DNA from: Callorhinchus milii
Taxonomy: Eukaryota
Direction: 5' to 3'
NCBI RefSeq assembly: GCF_018977255.1
Contig: NW_024704743.1
Coordinates: 16,122,001 to 16,186,000 of the forward strand
DNA length: 64,000 nt
The notes beneath the pieces are model-generated. The model was not told the DNA's origin. It did no database searches and worked only from the letters and a program-made list of their open reading frames with translations. Positions 1 through 12,015 of this stretch are shown one piece after another (position 1 is the stretch's first letter; every line of letters starts with the position of its first letter). Made by a program: the position numbers and the translations under genes.

Positions 1-987
1 ATCCCATAAGAACATAACAAATGGAAGATATTTAATTATGTCTTTGTGTATGGAATACTGTTATGTATTCAAATCAAATAGTGCTTGATACTGTACTCCA
101 GCCGACTGCTATAACAATCCTTTCAAAAAGATGTCCATCTCTTTGTAGCTCCGAGACTGTGTTATGGTTAGTAATATTGTTTGCTTTACATTGTAATGCT
201 GTTCTAACCAATTGGCTCCTACGTTTCGCCCACAAAATACAGTCAATTCACTTTACAGTATATTCTGTAAAGTGCTTCAGATGTCTCGAAGACGTGATAA
301 GACGCTATATCAAATGCAGGCATTATTATTATACATAAAATTCTTGTGTTGGTTTTCCTTAACGAAGGCAACATTTTGACAAATTTCCATTTCCTCTCCC
401 AACAGTTCCATGTCTATCCCAGTCACAATGAGGTCAATCTACAAGAAGTCTCAAACACAGGAAGCAGCAGTTACAGAGGCCTCCAGAGAAGCTCCCACAT
501 CATATATTAGTTGTAAATGTTTTGGTTCGTTACTTGAAAATCATGACAATTAACAAAATACACAAGCCTACAGAGTGTCTGGATGTCTTTTCTGTTCAAA
601 CATTGTAAGTATTGTATCAGGGTTCTGTACCATCAATTTCAGACTGGCCTGGTAATCAGGCTATCCACACATTTTTTAAGTTGATGATGCTACATAATTT
701 GACTGAAATTTTTAGAATTTCAATACTCATTGAGATTTGAGCTCATATCGAAGATGACATTCCAGAGCAGTACTGAGGGAGCATTGATTTGTAGGAAATG
801 CGTCTTGTCAGATGAGATGTTAAACCAAAGTTCACCTGCCTCATCAGGTGATTAAAGATCCCATGACATTACAGTATTAGGAAAGGGAATGGAGTTTCCT
901 CAGCTCAGAGTCCTCAAGATTAAATGGTCACTCACAATGGTTGTTTATTGGATACTGCTAGCACAAAAAGCAGCTGTGTTACCTAGA

Positions 988-1290
988 AATAATAATAATC
1001 CTTGAATTTGATATAGCTCTTTTCATATCTTCTAGACGTCTCAAAGCGCTTCACAGATTAGACTGTAAAGTGAATTGACTATTTGTGGGTGAAATGCGGC
1101 AGCCAATTGTGCACAGTAGTGTCCCACAAACACTCGTGGATTGAAATGACCAATGTATTATTTTTTTTGAGGGATTATTATCAGGTGTGTGGAGTAAGGA
1201 AACTTGCCCAAGGTTTCGCCCTGCCGGGAATCAAACCCAGGTCTCTCGCTTACAAAGGGAGTGCTCTAACCACTGAGCTACAGGACTCCA
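988..1290 (-). mobile_element. tRNA-derived SINE, short form
   Basis: Reverse complement of the 29241-29550 family. Confidence 0.9.
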
Positions 1291-2617
1291 CAAAAACAAA
1301 TTGCAACACGTTCTTTATAAAGCAGCAGGCAGAAATAGTGAGTAGATTAATAATGTATGCTGTGGCAAGGTGAAAGTGAGCAGGTGGTATAATTATCTTT
1401 AGTCAATTAAAATCAAATAAGATTAACTTCGCCCATGATTTTACATTAAAAATTATTTGAGGAAAAAAAGTAGAGAACACCGACATTTTTAAGAGTCTGC
1501 CAGTTTTTTAAATGATTTTTCACAATCTTGAACTTTACTCAGCAAAATCTTATAAAATGAGAATCATGATTAACCTTCACTTTTCTCTTAAAAGTTAAAA
1601 ATTAAAGTCTACAAGATTCATTACCGTACAAAACAGAAAAATTGTTAACGTTGCCAAACACCAATATATATATAGGTCACTATATTAATCATAATTCCAG
1701 TAGAGCTAACTATCTGCATTAACTGGGACCAGCTGCATAATGGGAACAGTATTAGATCACACAAAAACTCTCCAGCAGTCACAAAGTAATTATCAGTGCC
1801 ACACCACTCCCCAAACTTCTCTCTCTCCCCCTCTTTTTCTCTGAGTGTATCTGATCAGTCTTCTAGTTCCAGTTTAAACACTCATGCAGGAGAAAAACTC
1901 AGGGGTTGATGTGGACACAATACTCGCAATTAAATATTTTCTATGAACTTTTGTTGACTACTTCCTGGATTTCAGCGCTGATGTGGTTGAGTGGGCATGT
2001 TGCTATCAGGCATGCACATACGTGTTGCAGGATGTTGTAGGTAGGGGTGAGGGAAGGCAAGTGGGAGGGCGACTAAAGGTATGATCGAAGAGAAGCGTTT
2101 TGAGACGCCTCGATACTATGATAAGTCACTATAACAAATGCAAAGATTTAGTATTTTTTGTCATCTTCAACTGAAGATACTGAGGTTTAAAACTGTTAAT
2201 ACCCTCATCTGTAAGATCGTCAATTCTAGAGCTAGACAGTGTTATCTATCCAGTTCCAGAGTCCCTGCAGGTGGCTGAAATGTAGATCCAGTCAACGACA
2301 CATTATTTGTGGCTCCTGTATTACTAACGGGTTTTAGATCCCACTGACAAGTGTTTGGGCACGTAAATATATTGGGCATGAGGGACATGTGCTTGATATA
2401 TTATAAATTCTGCATTTTTGAAAAATAATAATTTCAGACGAAGAAGAAAAAAAATTTAACATGATCTTTCAAAAAGCTGCAACATTGAACATGTTGGAAT
2501 AGAAAATAGAAACTATAGAAAGGAGCGATGGCTATTTTCTGGGACTTTGCTAGTGTAGCATTTTTGTGTTGAACAGGACTTTAGTCTTTATGTCAATCCT
2601 GAAAAGGTAGTTAAGTT

Positions 2618-2623
2618 TTTATT
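2618..2623 (-). terminator. Candidate YAE1 polyadenylation signal AATAAA
   Basis: tttatt on the plus strand about 300 nt past the YAE1 stop codon. Motif only. Confidence 0.35.
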
Positions 2624-2924
2624 TGACTTCCATTTCCTTGCACGACTGATCTGTACCAACCATTCCTTGTAAACATCAATGTCCTAGCTCAGTTTCTCTG
2701 ACCAGACAAGTCAAATTGAGTAGAAATTTATACGGCTTCCATTGGCTCTGATTTCCGTTTTGTAGTCAATAATATTGGTGGTATGTTTGACTAATTCTGA
2801 CATGATTATGTGCAGGGTGTCCATAACGGTTTCTATTTTTCTGTTCAAAAACAAGACTCAACAAACTGTTTTTAAAAATGCTTTTAAATACTGTTGCATT
2901 CCATTAATGGAAAACACAGGCTGG

Positions 2925-3357
2925 CTAACTCTGCAACTGAAAATGATGTGCTATATCCATTGGCAGTCCACAGTTTTCTAACAGTATCGCGCAATCCTGA
3001 CAGAGTCCTTTCAGAGATTTTGCTCCACCAGAAGGGTCTGACACAGTCCTGCAGCATACCTCCTGTGACGAGGAAGCAGTATTGTCCAGTCCACATGTTC
3101 TAACCTCATAAGGAGAGTTACAGCAGTTTTCACCTTTAACATTGCCACAACAGCCTGCCTCTGGTTTCTCCAGGACTGGATCCAATCCCATTTCCTCAAT
3201 GCTTTCCATTATATCACCAACACTAGCTTCGGGAGGGGCTGCACTCAGTTTTCCAAAGATGCTTTCCTCCTGTTGAGCAGCAGCACTGAGGAGCTGGTTT
3301 ATTTGGGTTATGAGATGAGGATCGCTTCTGTTTAGCTGACACCATGACAGCACTGCA
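2925..3357 (-). CDS. YAE1: YAE1 (YAE1D1, ABCE1 maturation factor) exon 3, last coding exon
   Basis: Acceptor ttttctcctCAG before 3357. Reads (S)AVLSWCQLNRSDPHLITQINQLL...VGDIMESIEEMGL...LENCGLPMDIAHHFQLQS*, matching the vertebrate YAE1 C-terminal half (human SALLSWC...INNLL...SIEDMDL, recalled). TAG at 2927-2925. Phase joins exon 2 (AG+T=Ser). Confidence 0.92.
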
Positions 3358-3603
3358 CTGAGGAGAAAACACAGATACTGTACTTAGTTTTTCTCTAGTA
3401 ACAGACATTTCCTGTCAGAGACTATCAGTCTGACAAAACTTTCCTTCTATATATACCACGAGGAAACTACAACTTTATGCAATATAAGAAGGACATACTC
3501 TTGCCGAGAGAGTGAGTTCCTCACGCGATGGCATCATCATACACACATAAGACATTCTGAAAAGGCAAGCAGCACACTCCATCAGATCAACTCTAAATCT
3601 AAC

Positions 3604-3725
3604 CTGAGAATCCCTTTGAGCTGCCCAACGGCAAGCATTTTCTTTGCACCTTCTTGGTAGCCTTGATTAAAACCATCCTGTAAGGTGGATTCTCTGCCAG
3701 CATTTAGTCCATCCCGATAACCTTC
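3604..3725 (-). CDS. YAE1: YAE1 exon 2 (Yae1_N G-x3-G repeat region)
   Basis: Acceptor tttctgtcccCAG and donor GTTAGA. 122 nt encoding EGYRDGLNAGRESTLQDGFNQGYQEGAKKMLAVGQLKGIL, the characteristic Yae1 motif. Confidence 0.95.
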
Positions 3726-3848
3726 CTGGGGACAGAAAGAAAACAATTGCTCCAATGAATCAATCAAAAAGCTGACAACATTACAGAACACTAAATAATT
3801 TGCCTGCTTTAAAATCCCTATTGTCACGATCTGATCGGCCAATTTGAT

Positions 3849-5486
3849 GTTTGGGGGGGTTGGGGGGCTGGGGGGAGGGGGTTGGGGTGGGGGAGGGGGT
3901 TGGGGGGCGGGTGCTGGGGGGGGGGTATTGGGGTGTGGGTGCTGGGGGGGTGTTGGGGGGAGGGTGCTGGGGGGGGTGCGGGGAGGGTGTTGGTGGGGAG
4001 GGTGTTGGGGGGAGGGTGTTGGGGGGAGGGTGATGGGGGGAGGGTGTTGGGGGGAGGGTGATGGGGGGAGGGTGATGGGGTGTGGGTGCTGGGGGGGGGG
4101 GGTGCTGGGGGAGGGTGTTGGGGTGTGGGTGCTGGGGGGGGGTGCTGGGGGGAAGGTGTTGGGGAGAGGGTGTTGGGGGAGGGTGCTGGGGAGGGTGTTG
4201 GGGGAGAGGGTGTTGGGGGGGAGGGTGTTGGGGGGGAGGGTGTTGGGGTGTTGGGGGGGAGGGTGTTGGGGTGTGGGTGATGGGGGGGGGGGGGTGTTGG
4301 GGAGGGTGCTGGGGAGGGTGCTGGGGGAGGGTGCTGGGGGGGGTGCTGGGGGAGGTGTTGGGGGAGGTGTTGGGGGAGGGTGTTGGGGAGGGTGTTGGGG
4401 GAGGTGTTGGGGGAGGGTGTTGGGGGGGTGCTGGGGAGGGTGTTGGGGAGGGTGCTGGGGAGGGTGCTGGGGGAGGGTGCTGGGGGAGGGTGCTGGGGGA
4501 GGGTGTTGGGAGGGTGCTGGGGAGGTGCTGGGGGAGGGTGTTGGGGGTGTTGGGAGTGTGTTAGGGGGGGTGTTGGGGAGGGTGCTGTGGGGTGTTGGGG
4601 GGGGGTGCTGGGAGGGTGCTGGGGAGGGTGTAGGGGGGTGTTGGGGTGCTGGGGGAGGGTGCTGGGGGAGGGTGCTGGGGGGGTGTTGGGGAGGGTGTTG
4701 GCGGGGGTGCTGGGGAGGGTGTTGGGGAGGGTGTTGGGGTGCTGGGGAGGGTGCTGGGGGAGGGTGCTGGGGAGGGTGCTGGGGAGGGTGCTGGGGGTGT
4801 TGGGGAGGGTGCTGGGGGGGGTGCTGGGGAGGGTGTTGGGGAGAGTGTTGGGGGGTGCTGGGAGGGTGTTGGGGGGGGTGCTGGGGGGTGCTGGGGAGGG
4901 TGTTGGGGAGGGTGCTGTGGGGGTGTTGGGGGTGTGTTGGGGAGGGTGTTGGGGGGGTGTTGGGGAGGGTGTTGGGGAGGGTGTTGGGGGGTGTTGGGGA
5001 GGGTGTTGGGGAGGGTGCTGGGGGGGGTTGGGGAGGGTGCTGGGGAGGGTGTTGGGGAGGGTGTTGGGGGGTGTTGGGAGTGTGTTAGGGGGGTGTTGGG
5101 AGGGTGCTGTGGGGGTGTGGGGAGGGTGTTGGGGAGGGTGCTGTGGGGGTGTTGGGGAGGGTGTTGGGGAGTGTGTTGGGGAGTGTGTTAGGGGGGGTGT
5201 TGGGGAGGGTGTTGGGGATGGTGCTGTGGGGGTGTTGGGGAGGGTGTTGGGGAGTGTGTTAGGGGGGGTGTTGGGGAGGGTGTTGGGGAGGGTGCTGTGG
5301 GGGTGTTGGGGAGGGTGCTGTGGGGGGTTGGGGTGTTGGGGAGGGTGCTGGGGGAGGGTGTTGGGGTGTTGGGGAGTGTGTTAGGGGTGCTGGGGGAGGG
5401 TGTTGGGGGGGTGCTGGGGAGGGTGTTGGGGGGTGCTGGGGGAGGGTGCTGGGGGAGGATGTTGGGGAGAGTGTTGGGGGAGGGTG
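3849..5486 (+). repeat. G-rich minisatellite, degenerate ~12-13 bp unit GGGGAGGGTG(C/T)T
   Basis: Directly visible tandem low-complexity array with variable G-run lengths. Confidence 0.97.
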
Positions 5487-6834
5487 TAACTTCAAAATAG
5501 GAAAAGGGAGAAGAATTGCAGAGAATCATGGGACACAGCCACAACTACACAATTCAAGGGCACACTGAAAATATCACAGACAAATAAAATAGAATATGAT
5601 GAAAAATAAGCAACAATTAAGATTTGTATTCATTTTATTTGGTCAGTAGTGTCTGACTTATTTCAACCTTGCGCCATGATTAATAGTAGCCACGTCCTCT
5701 TGACGTGAAAGGCACTATACAAATGTAATTTGTTGTTGTCCAGACCAGACTGTGTTCCATACATGCATGCCACCTTCACTCAAATATTTCCCTGTATCTG
5801 GAAATATTTGTTACACACAATCTTCCCCTTTAGGGATACTTCCTGCTTACCTAACAGACCTACACTGGATGGGTTGGATGTCAATGGATCTTACATTTGT
5901 ATTGCAGAAGAATGAAACCTGATCTAAGCTTGTTATGTTGCTTGCACCCAGCAGAGGGTAACCTGATACCACAATCACTACTGGGATTTTTATACTGTAC
6001 GAGCATGTCGTTGAGATGTCTCAATATATATATTCACAGAATATATTGTAAAGTGGATTGACTGTATTTTGTGGGCGAAAACGCAGCAGCCAATTGTGGA
6101 CAGCAGTGTCCCACAAACAATTGTGGATAAAGCGATCACATTTTTTGAGGGGGTGGGGAATGGATTATCACCCCGGAAAGTGATCCGATATATATGCCAA
6201 TCAAAATAAATGGATGAAACGTTTTGTTGCTCCTGAGAGCATGTGTTAATTTACTAACTTTTTTTTATTAATGAAGTGTATTTTTAATGCCAGATTATAG
6301 GTGACCAAATTGTAATACCACTGTCAATGCCAATTAAATACCACCACTCAAATCAAAGGTTACCAATTACACCTGAATTTAAAAGATCCCAAATTCTGCA
6401 GAATGTTGAATTTTAAGGAATTATCTTCAGAGTAAGGCCATGAAAAATTCCAATCCTCTAGTTTTTATTAAAGTGTACAGTTTGATAAGTTTTAGATCTG
6501 TAATAAATTAAACTCATAGACAATGAGCTGGGGAGTGCTGCATTGTCAGAGGTGTCATCCTTTGGATATGTTAAACCAAGGTCTCATCTGCCTGTTCAAG
6601 TGCAAGTTAAAGATCCCAAGTCATTACAAACAAGAAGGGGGTTTCACCCATGGTATTGGCCAACAATCCCCCGAATGCAATTGGTCATTCACTTTGTGGC
6701 TGTTTGTGGGATGTGTATTAGCTGCCTTATTCACCTACAAATATGCAGTCACTACACTTTATATTAAATCCTGTGAAGCGCTTTCGACGACGTGATAAGA
6801 TGCCATACCAAATGCAATGATTATTATTACAGTA

Positions 6835-7125
6835 ACCCCTGGCTATCCAGAATCCCCCCCACCCCAGCTATCCTGAAACTCCACCACCACCCTCCCCCCC
6901 ACCCCAGCTATCCCGAAACTCCACCACCCTCCCCCCCCCCCCAGCTATCCAGAAACTCCACTCCCCCCCACCCCAGCTATCCAGAAACTCCACCCCAGCT
7001 ATCCAGAAACTACCCCCCCCCCCACTATCCAGAATACCCCCTGCTCTCCGGAATACCCCCTGCTCTCCGGAATACCCCCAGCTCTCCGGAATACGCCTGG
7101 CTCTCCGGAATACCAGAATATCCAG
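6835..7125 (+). repeat. Short tandem repeat array (CCCCAGCTATCC-GAAACT units, then CTCTCCGGAATACCCC units)
   Basis: About six copies of the first motif followed by about four of the second. Confidence 0.85.
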
Positions 7126-8682
7126 AATTTGTACATAGTTATACTGGGTCCGAAATCTAAAAATTTAAAAAATTCTGTGGTCCATGTGTGGTCTCCAGCC
7201 TGCCCACTCTCCTATTGCGTGCCCTCGCCTCAGCATGCTTTCTGGCCTTCAGTGGCCAGGGATATTGACTTTGACTCTGTTTGAATCCCGCAAGCAGGAG
7301 ATAGCTCATTCACTATCCTCTGCTCCCAGATTCAAAACAATTACAAATCCACCGTGAAGCTCGCAGGGAGTTCTTGATTGAGTGAGGGATCAAACCTGTG
7401 CTTGTCCGTTGTCAAAAGACATTTACTGGCATATTTTGGTACTAGTAAAAGCCAGGACCAGAAAAAGCTAGTAAATGCAGTACCCCCGGTACCGGCATTT
7501 ACTTAGAAAGAAATTCCGGCTCGCTGGACCAGATCTCCCCCTCCTCCCCCATTAATCCAGCTAGGCAATATTTAAGTTATATTAAATATCTCAAACAGTT
7601 CTTCTTTGCAGTACAATATCTAAATATTTGAAGCTTATTGGGTGGAGTTTGTGAGGTGTAACCTAAATTACAAAGGACAAACAAGCTAGTTTCATTCGTC
7701 CCTTCCCCCTGCCGCAGTCACTGCATATTATTCTGCTGTTGGCAGTACTGTTGCATTTCAAAATTACATTTATAGAGCGCCTTTCACGTCAGGAGGACAT
7801 CCCAAAGCGCTGAAAATCAATAACTGAACATGCAAGCTCCACAATGTGGAACTCTGCACTACAAGCGGTAAAATTGTTAACAGGACCCAACATCCATACT
7901 CTTTACATTGTCAATGTTTAATTGCTTTGTTTGTCAATCACCCACTAAACATGGTAGTGCTCCATCTGCAAGGTCAGTGTGATCATGGGTCCCAGGGGAG
8001 TAATAATTAAAGTTCAGTCAATTGTTGCTGGGAGGTGAGGTTTCCCCGGATGATAATGAATGGCAGCAGGGAGAGAAAAAGGAGAGGTTTTGCATTCAAT
8101 CTGCTGCTTCGACACGCTCTCCCATTATAAATGACCCCTAAGATGTGACCGTATTGCCTCAAGCGCCTCGTTAAGTTTTTAACAATTCAATCTGTAAAAC
8201 AGCTACAACCTTAACAGTTGTACGGCACCTTTCATGTTTGGAGGACATCTCAAAGTGTTTCACAGAGCCAACTGGGAGCCCAGACTAGCTCAGCGGGAGG
8301 GAGGGGGGTGGAGAAGGTGCGCACGAGTTCAGACAGGGAGTCATCCCACTCAGCTCCTGTTAACCCTGTGAGCCAAAGCCCTAATGGGTTGTGTGGTCCC
8401 AACCGGACAAGGACACCCTGACTGACCCCCCACCCACCCCCAGATAAAAGGCCATCCACCAAACACAAACCCGAAGGTAGCTGCACATGACGTGGCCCCT
8501 CCCCTCCCCCGCTCCCCCCGTCCCACCCGCTACCCCCCCCACCCCCGCTCCTCTCCCTCCCGCCCCTCCCCCGCTCCTCCTCCCTCCCCACCCCACTCCT
8601 CCTCCCCTCCCCACCCCACTCCTCCCCACCCCTCCCGCTCTGGTGAGTAATTCAAGTTCATGCCTTTGAAACTGTGTAACAA

Positions 8683-9000
8683 AATAATAATAATCCTTGC
8701 ATTTGATATAGCGCTTTTCACGTCGGGAGGACGTCCCAAAGCGCTTCACAGAACACACTGTAAAGTGAATTGACTATATATTTGTGGGCGAACGCGGCAG
8801 CCAATTGCGCACAGCAATGTCCCACAAACAGTCGTAGATTGAAAATGACCAATTTATTATTGTTTTTGGCTTTGGAGGGATTATTATTAGGCTCTGTGTG
8901 GAGTAAGGAAACTTGCCCAAGGTTTCACCCTCTGCCTGGAATTGAACTCAGGTCTCTCACTTGCAAAGCGAGTGCTCTAACCACTGAGCCACAGGACTCC
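8683..9000 (-). mobile_element. tRNA-derived SINE, young subfamily
   Basis: Nearly identical to 52378-52697. Confidence 0.92.
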
Positions 9001-9149
9001 AAAAGCTCTTCAAAGGGGAAAAAAGAACACGTTTTCCAGGTTTGAATTACAAAATTAAATTGTGCGGCTGCCCCGACCCCCGCAAAGCCTTTACACAACA
9101 GTTTCAACAGCACGAACCTAAATCATCTTTTCACGCCCAACGCAACACA

Positions 9150-9428
9150 AACACTAACACACCCTCCGCCGCCATGACTCGGGCCTCGGCCGCGGCAGCC
9201 AACCCACGTGACCAGCACATCATCGCGGGCGAATCACGTGATGAGAGTAGGGGCGAGGGAACTGGTCACGCGTCCCGCGTCAGCGTGGGGCCGGATCACG
9301 TGATTGGGGGGGGTGGGTGGTCAGAACGAGTGTGGGCCCGGATCACGTGTTGGGGGGGTTGGCGTGAGTGTGGGCCCGGATCACGTGTTGGGGGGGTTGG
9401 AGTGAGTGTGAAGCCTTGGTGTGGGAGG
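9150..9428 (+). promoter_or_regulatory. CpG-rich YAE1 promoter/5'UTR with clustered E-boxes
   Basis: High CpG density immediately 5' of exon 1. CACGTG at 9205, 9235, 9297, 9344 and 9382, CACGCG at 9267, and CCGCCAT (YY1-like core) near 9169. Confidence 0.7.
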
Positions 9429-9536
9429 ATGTGGTGGGGGAGTGGAGCCGGAGCCGAGGATGTGTTCGACGAGGAGGCGGACGAGCTGAGGATTGAGCAG
9501 CGAGAGTGGAAAAGCCGCATGGACAGGCGGCACAAG
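9429..9536 (+). CDS. YAE1: YAE1 exon 1, on the opposite strand to exons 2-3 in this assembly
   Basis: ATG at 9429. MWWGSGAGAEDVFDEEADELRIEQREWKSRMDRRHK matches the YAE1 N-terminus (DVFDEEADE...QREW...RR.K). Phase-0 donor AAG/GTACCC fits the phase-0 start of exon 2. Exons of 108+122+433 nt give 220 aa plus stop. Confidence 0.92.
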
Positions 9537-9584
9537 GTACCCCGGGGAGAGTCACAGTGATACCAGGCCTTCATGATCCCCCTC

Positions 9585-11305
9585 TCCCAGCCCCCCCCCA
9601 ACACCCTCCCCAGCCCCCCCTAACACACTCCCCAACACCTCAACACCCTCCCCACACCCCGCACCCTAACACCCTCCCAAGCCCCCCCTAACACACTCCC
9701 CAGCACCCCCCCCACACCCTCCCAACACCCTCCCCCAGCACCCTCACCCCACACCCCCCAACACCCTCCCCCAGCACCCTCCCCACACCCCCCCCCACAC
9801 CCTCCCCCAGCACCCTCCCCCAGCACCCCCAACACCCTCCCCAACACCCTCCCCCAACACCCTACCCCAGCACCTCCCAGCACCCTCCCCAGCACCCTCC
9901 CCAACACCCTCCCCCAACTCCCCCACACCCTCCCCCAGCACCCCAACACCCTCCCCAGCACCCCCCCCAACACCTCTCCCCCACCCCCCAACACCCTCCC
10001 CCCAGCACCCCCCCCTCCCCAGCACCCCAACACCCCCCCAGCACCCTCCCCCAGGACCCCCCAACACCCTCCCCCAGCACCCCCCCAACACACTCCCCCA
10101 ACCCCAACACCCTCCCCCAGCACCCTCCCCAGCACCCTCCCCAACCCCCGCACCCTCCCCAACACCCTCCCCCAACACCCTCCCCCAACACCCTCCCCCA
10201 GCACCCCAACACCCTCCCCACACCCCCCCAACACCCTCCCCAGCACCCCCCAACACCCTCCCCCCAGCACCCAACACCCTCCCCAGCACCCCACACCCTC
10301 CCAGCACCCTCCCCAGCACCCCCCAACACCCTCCCCAACACCCTCCCCAGCACCCAACACCCTCCCCCAGCACCCTCCCCAACACACTCCCCCAGCCCCC
10401 CAACACCCTCCCCAGCACCCCAACACCCTCCCCAGCACCCTCCCCAGCACCCCCCAACACCCTCCCCCAGCTCTCCCCAACAACACCCCCAACACCCTCC
10501 CCCAACACCCTCCCCAGCACCCCAACACCCTCCCCCAGCACCCCCCAACACACTCCCCCAGCCCCCCAACACCCTCCCCCCAGCACCCCAACACCCTCCC
10601 CCAGCACCCAACACCCTCCCCCAGCACCCTCCCAGCACCCCCAACACCCTCCCCAACACCCTCCCCAGCACCCAACACCCTCCCCCAGCACCCTCCCCAG
10701 CACCCCCCAACACCCTCCCCAGCACCCCCCAACACACTCCCCCCAGCCCCCCAACACCCTCCCCCAGCACCCTCCCCAGCACCCCTCCCCAGCACCTCCC
10801 ACACCCCTCCCCCAACACCTCCCAACCACACCTCCCCCACCCCCCAACACCCTCCCCACACCCCCAACACCCTCCCCCAGCACCCCAACCCTCCCCCCAG
10901 CACCCCAACACCCTCCCCCAGCACCCACACCCTCCCAACCCTCCCCAGCACCCCCCCAACACCCTCCCCCAACACCCTCCCCCAGCACCCCAACACCCTC
11001 CCCCAGCACCCTCCCCCAACACACTCCCCAGCCCCCCAACACCCTCCCCCAGCACCCCAACACCCTCCCCCAGCACCCTCCCCAGCACCCCCCCAACACC
11101 CTCCCCCAACACCCCCCCAACACCTCCCCCAACACCCTCCCCAGCACCCCAACACCCTCCCCCAGCACCCCCCAACACACTCCCCCCAGCCCCAACACCC
11201 TCCCCCAGCACCCCACCCCCCCAGCACCCCAACACCCTCCCCCAGCACCCCACACCCCAACCCTCCCCCAACACCCTCCCCCAGCACCCCCCAACATCCT
11301 CCCCC
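9585..11305 (-). repeat. Same minisatellite in inverted orientation (C-rich on plus), running into the assembly gap
   Basis: Units A(A/G)CACCCTCCCC are the reverse complement of the 3849-5486 array. Confidence 0.97.
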
Positions 11306-11330
11306 NNNNNNNNNNNNNNNNNNNNNNNNN
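11306..11330. other. Assembly gap (25 N)
   Basis: Run of 25 n. Single n also occurs at 18210 and 63776. Confidence 1.
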
Positions 11331-11598
11331 GGAATGAATAGTACTTAATTGAAATGCGTTTCCTTCAATTGAAAAGGCACTTGATTTGAGATGGGTAAAG
11401 TGCTTATGTGTGATAAGAGTGGAGAATGAAGAGGTGTTGAAATGCTTATCCATCAAGCACACCATGGATTTCCAGTGGAAAGGCAATGGTTAATGAATAG
11501 CCATCAGCAGCCACCAGGTATTTTCAGACATACAACAGCTCACGTGTCTATATAGCTGCAACAATAGACACAAAAGAGTTTAGCTGCAAATACATTTG

Positions 11599-12015
11599 AA
11601 TCCTCACCTACAAGGCCATTCACGGACTTGCTCCCTCCTACCTCCCGACCTACTATCCCCCTACCTACCTGCCCGTACCCTCCGTTCCTCAGGGTCCGGT
11701 CTGCTCCACATCCCCCGCCCCAATCGCCCTACCATCGGTGGCCGGGCCTTCAGCCTCTCAGCCCCGAGGCTCTGGAACTCCATCCCCCAGTGCCTTCGCC
11801 GCCTCCTCCCTTTCCTCCTTTAAGGCCGGTCTCAAGACCTTTCTCTTTGACCGTGACTTCAGCTCCCCTCTCGACTCTCTACCCCCTCTTCCTCGCTCCC
11901 TCCCTCACCCTGACCATTTCCCCCCCAATGCTCGGGTCCTGACCCAACTGTACAGCCCCTTGGGACATCCTCCCGACGTGAAAGGCGCTCTATAAATGGA
12001 ATCTTGTTGTTGTTG
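11599..12015 (+). mobile_element. Young L2 3' fragment
   Basis: Near-identical to 40720-41140 and ends ttgttgttgttg. Confidence 0.93.

Noticed and set aside
1..2600. Exons of RALA, the next gene expected by synteny
   Set aside because: No Ras-family motifs or CpG island seen. It presumably lies outside the window.
3844..5568. Long Gly/Trp/Cys/Val-rich ORFs (up to 414 aa)
   Set aside because: Open in all frames because the G-rich minisatellite lacks stop codons. No protein signal.
3849..11305. CRISPR-like or telomeric array
   Set aside because: No unique spacers, no cas genes and no TTAGGG periodicity. The context is eukaryotic.
9620..11486. 470-580 aa minus-strand ORFs
   Set aside because: Same minisatellite, and one ORF crosses the N gap.
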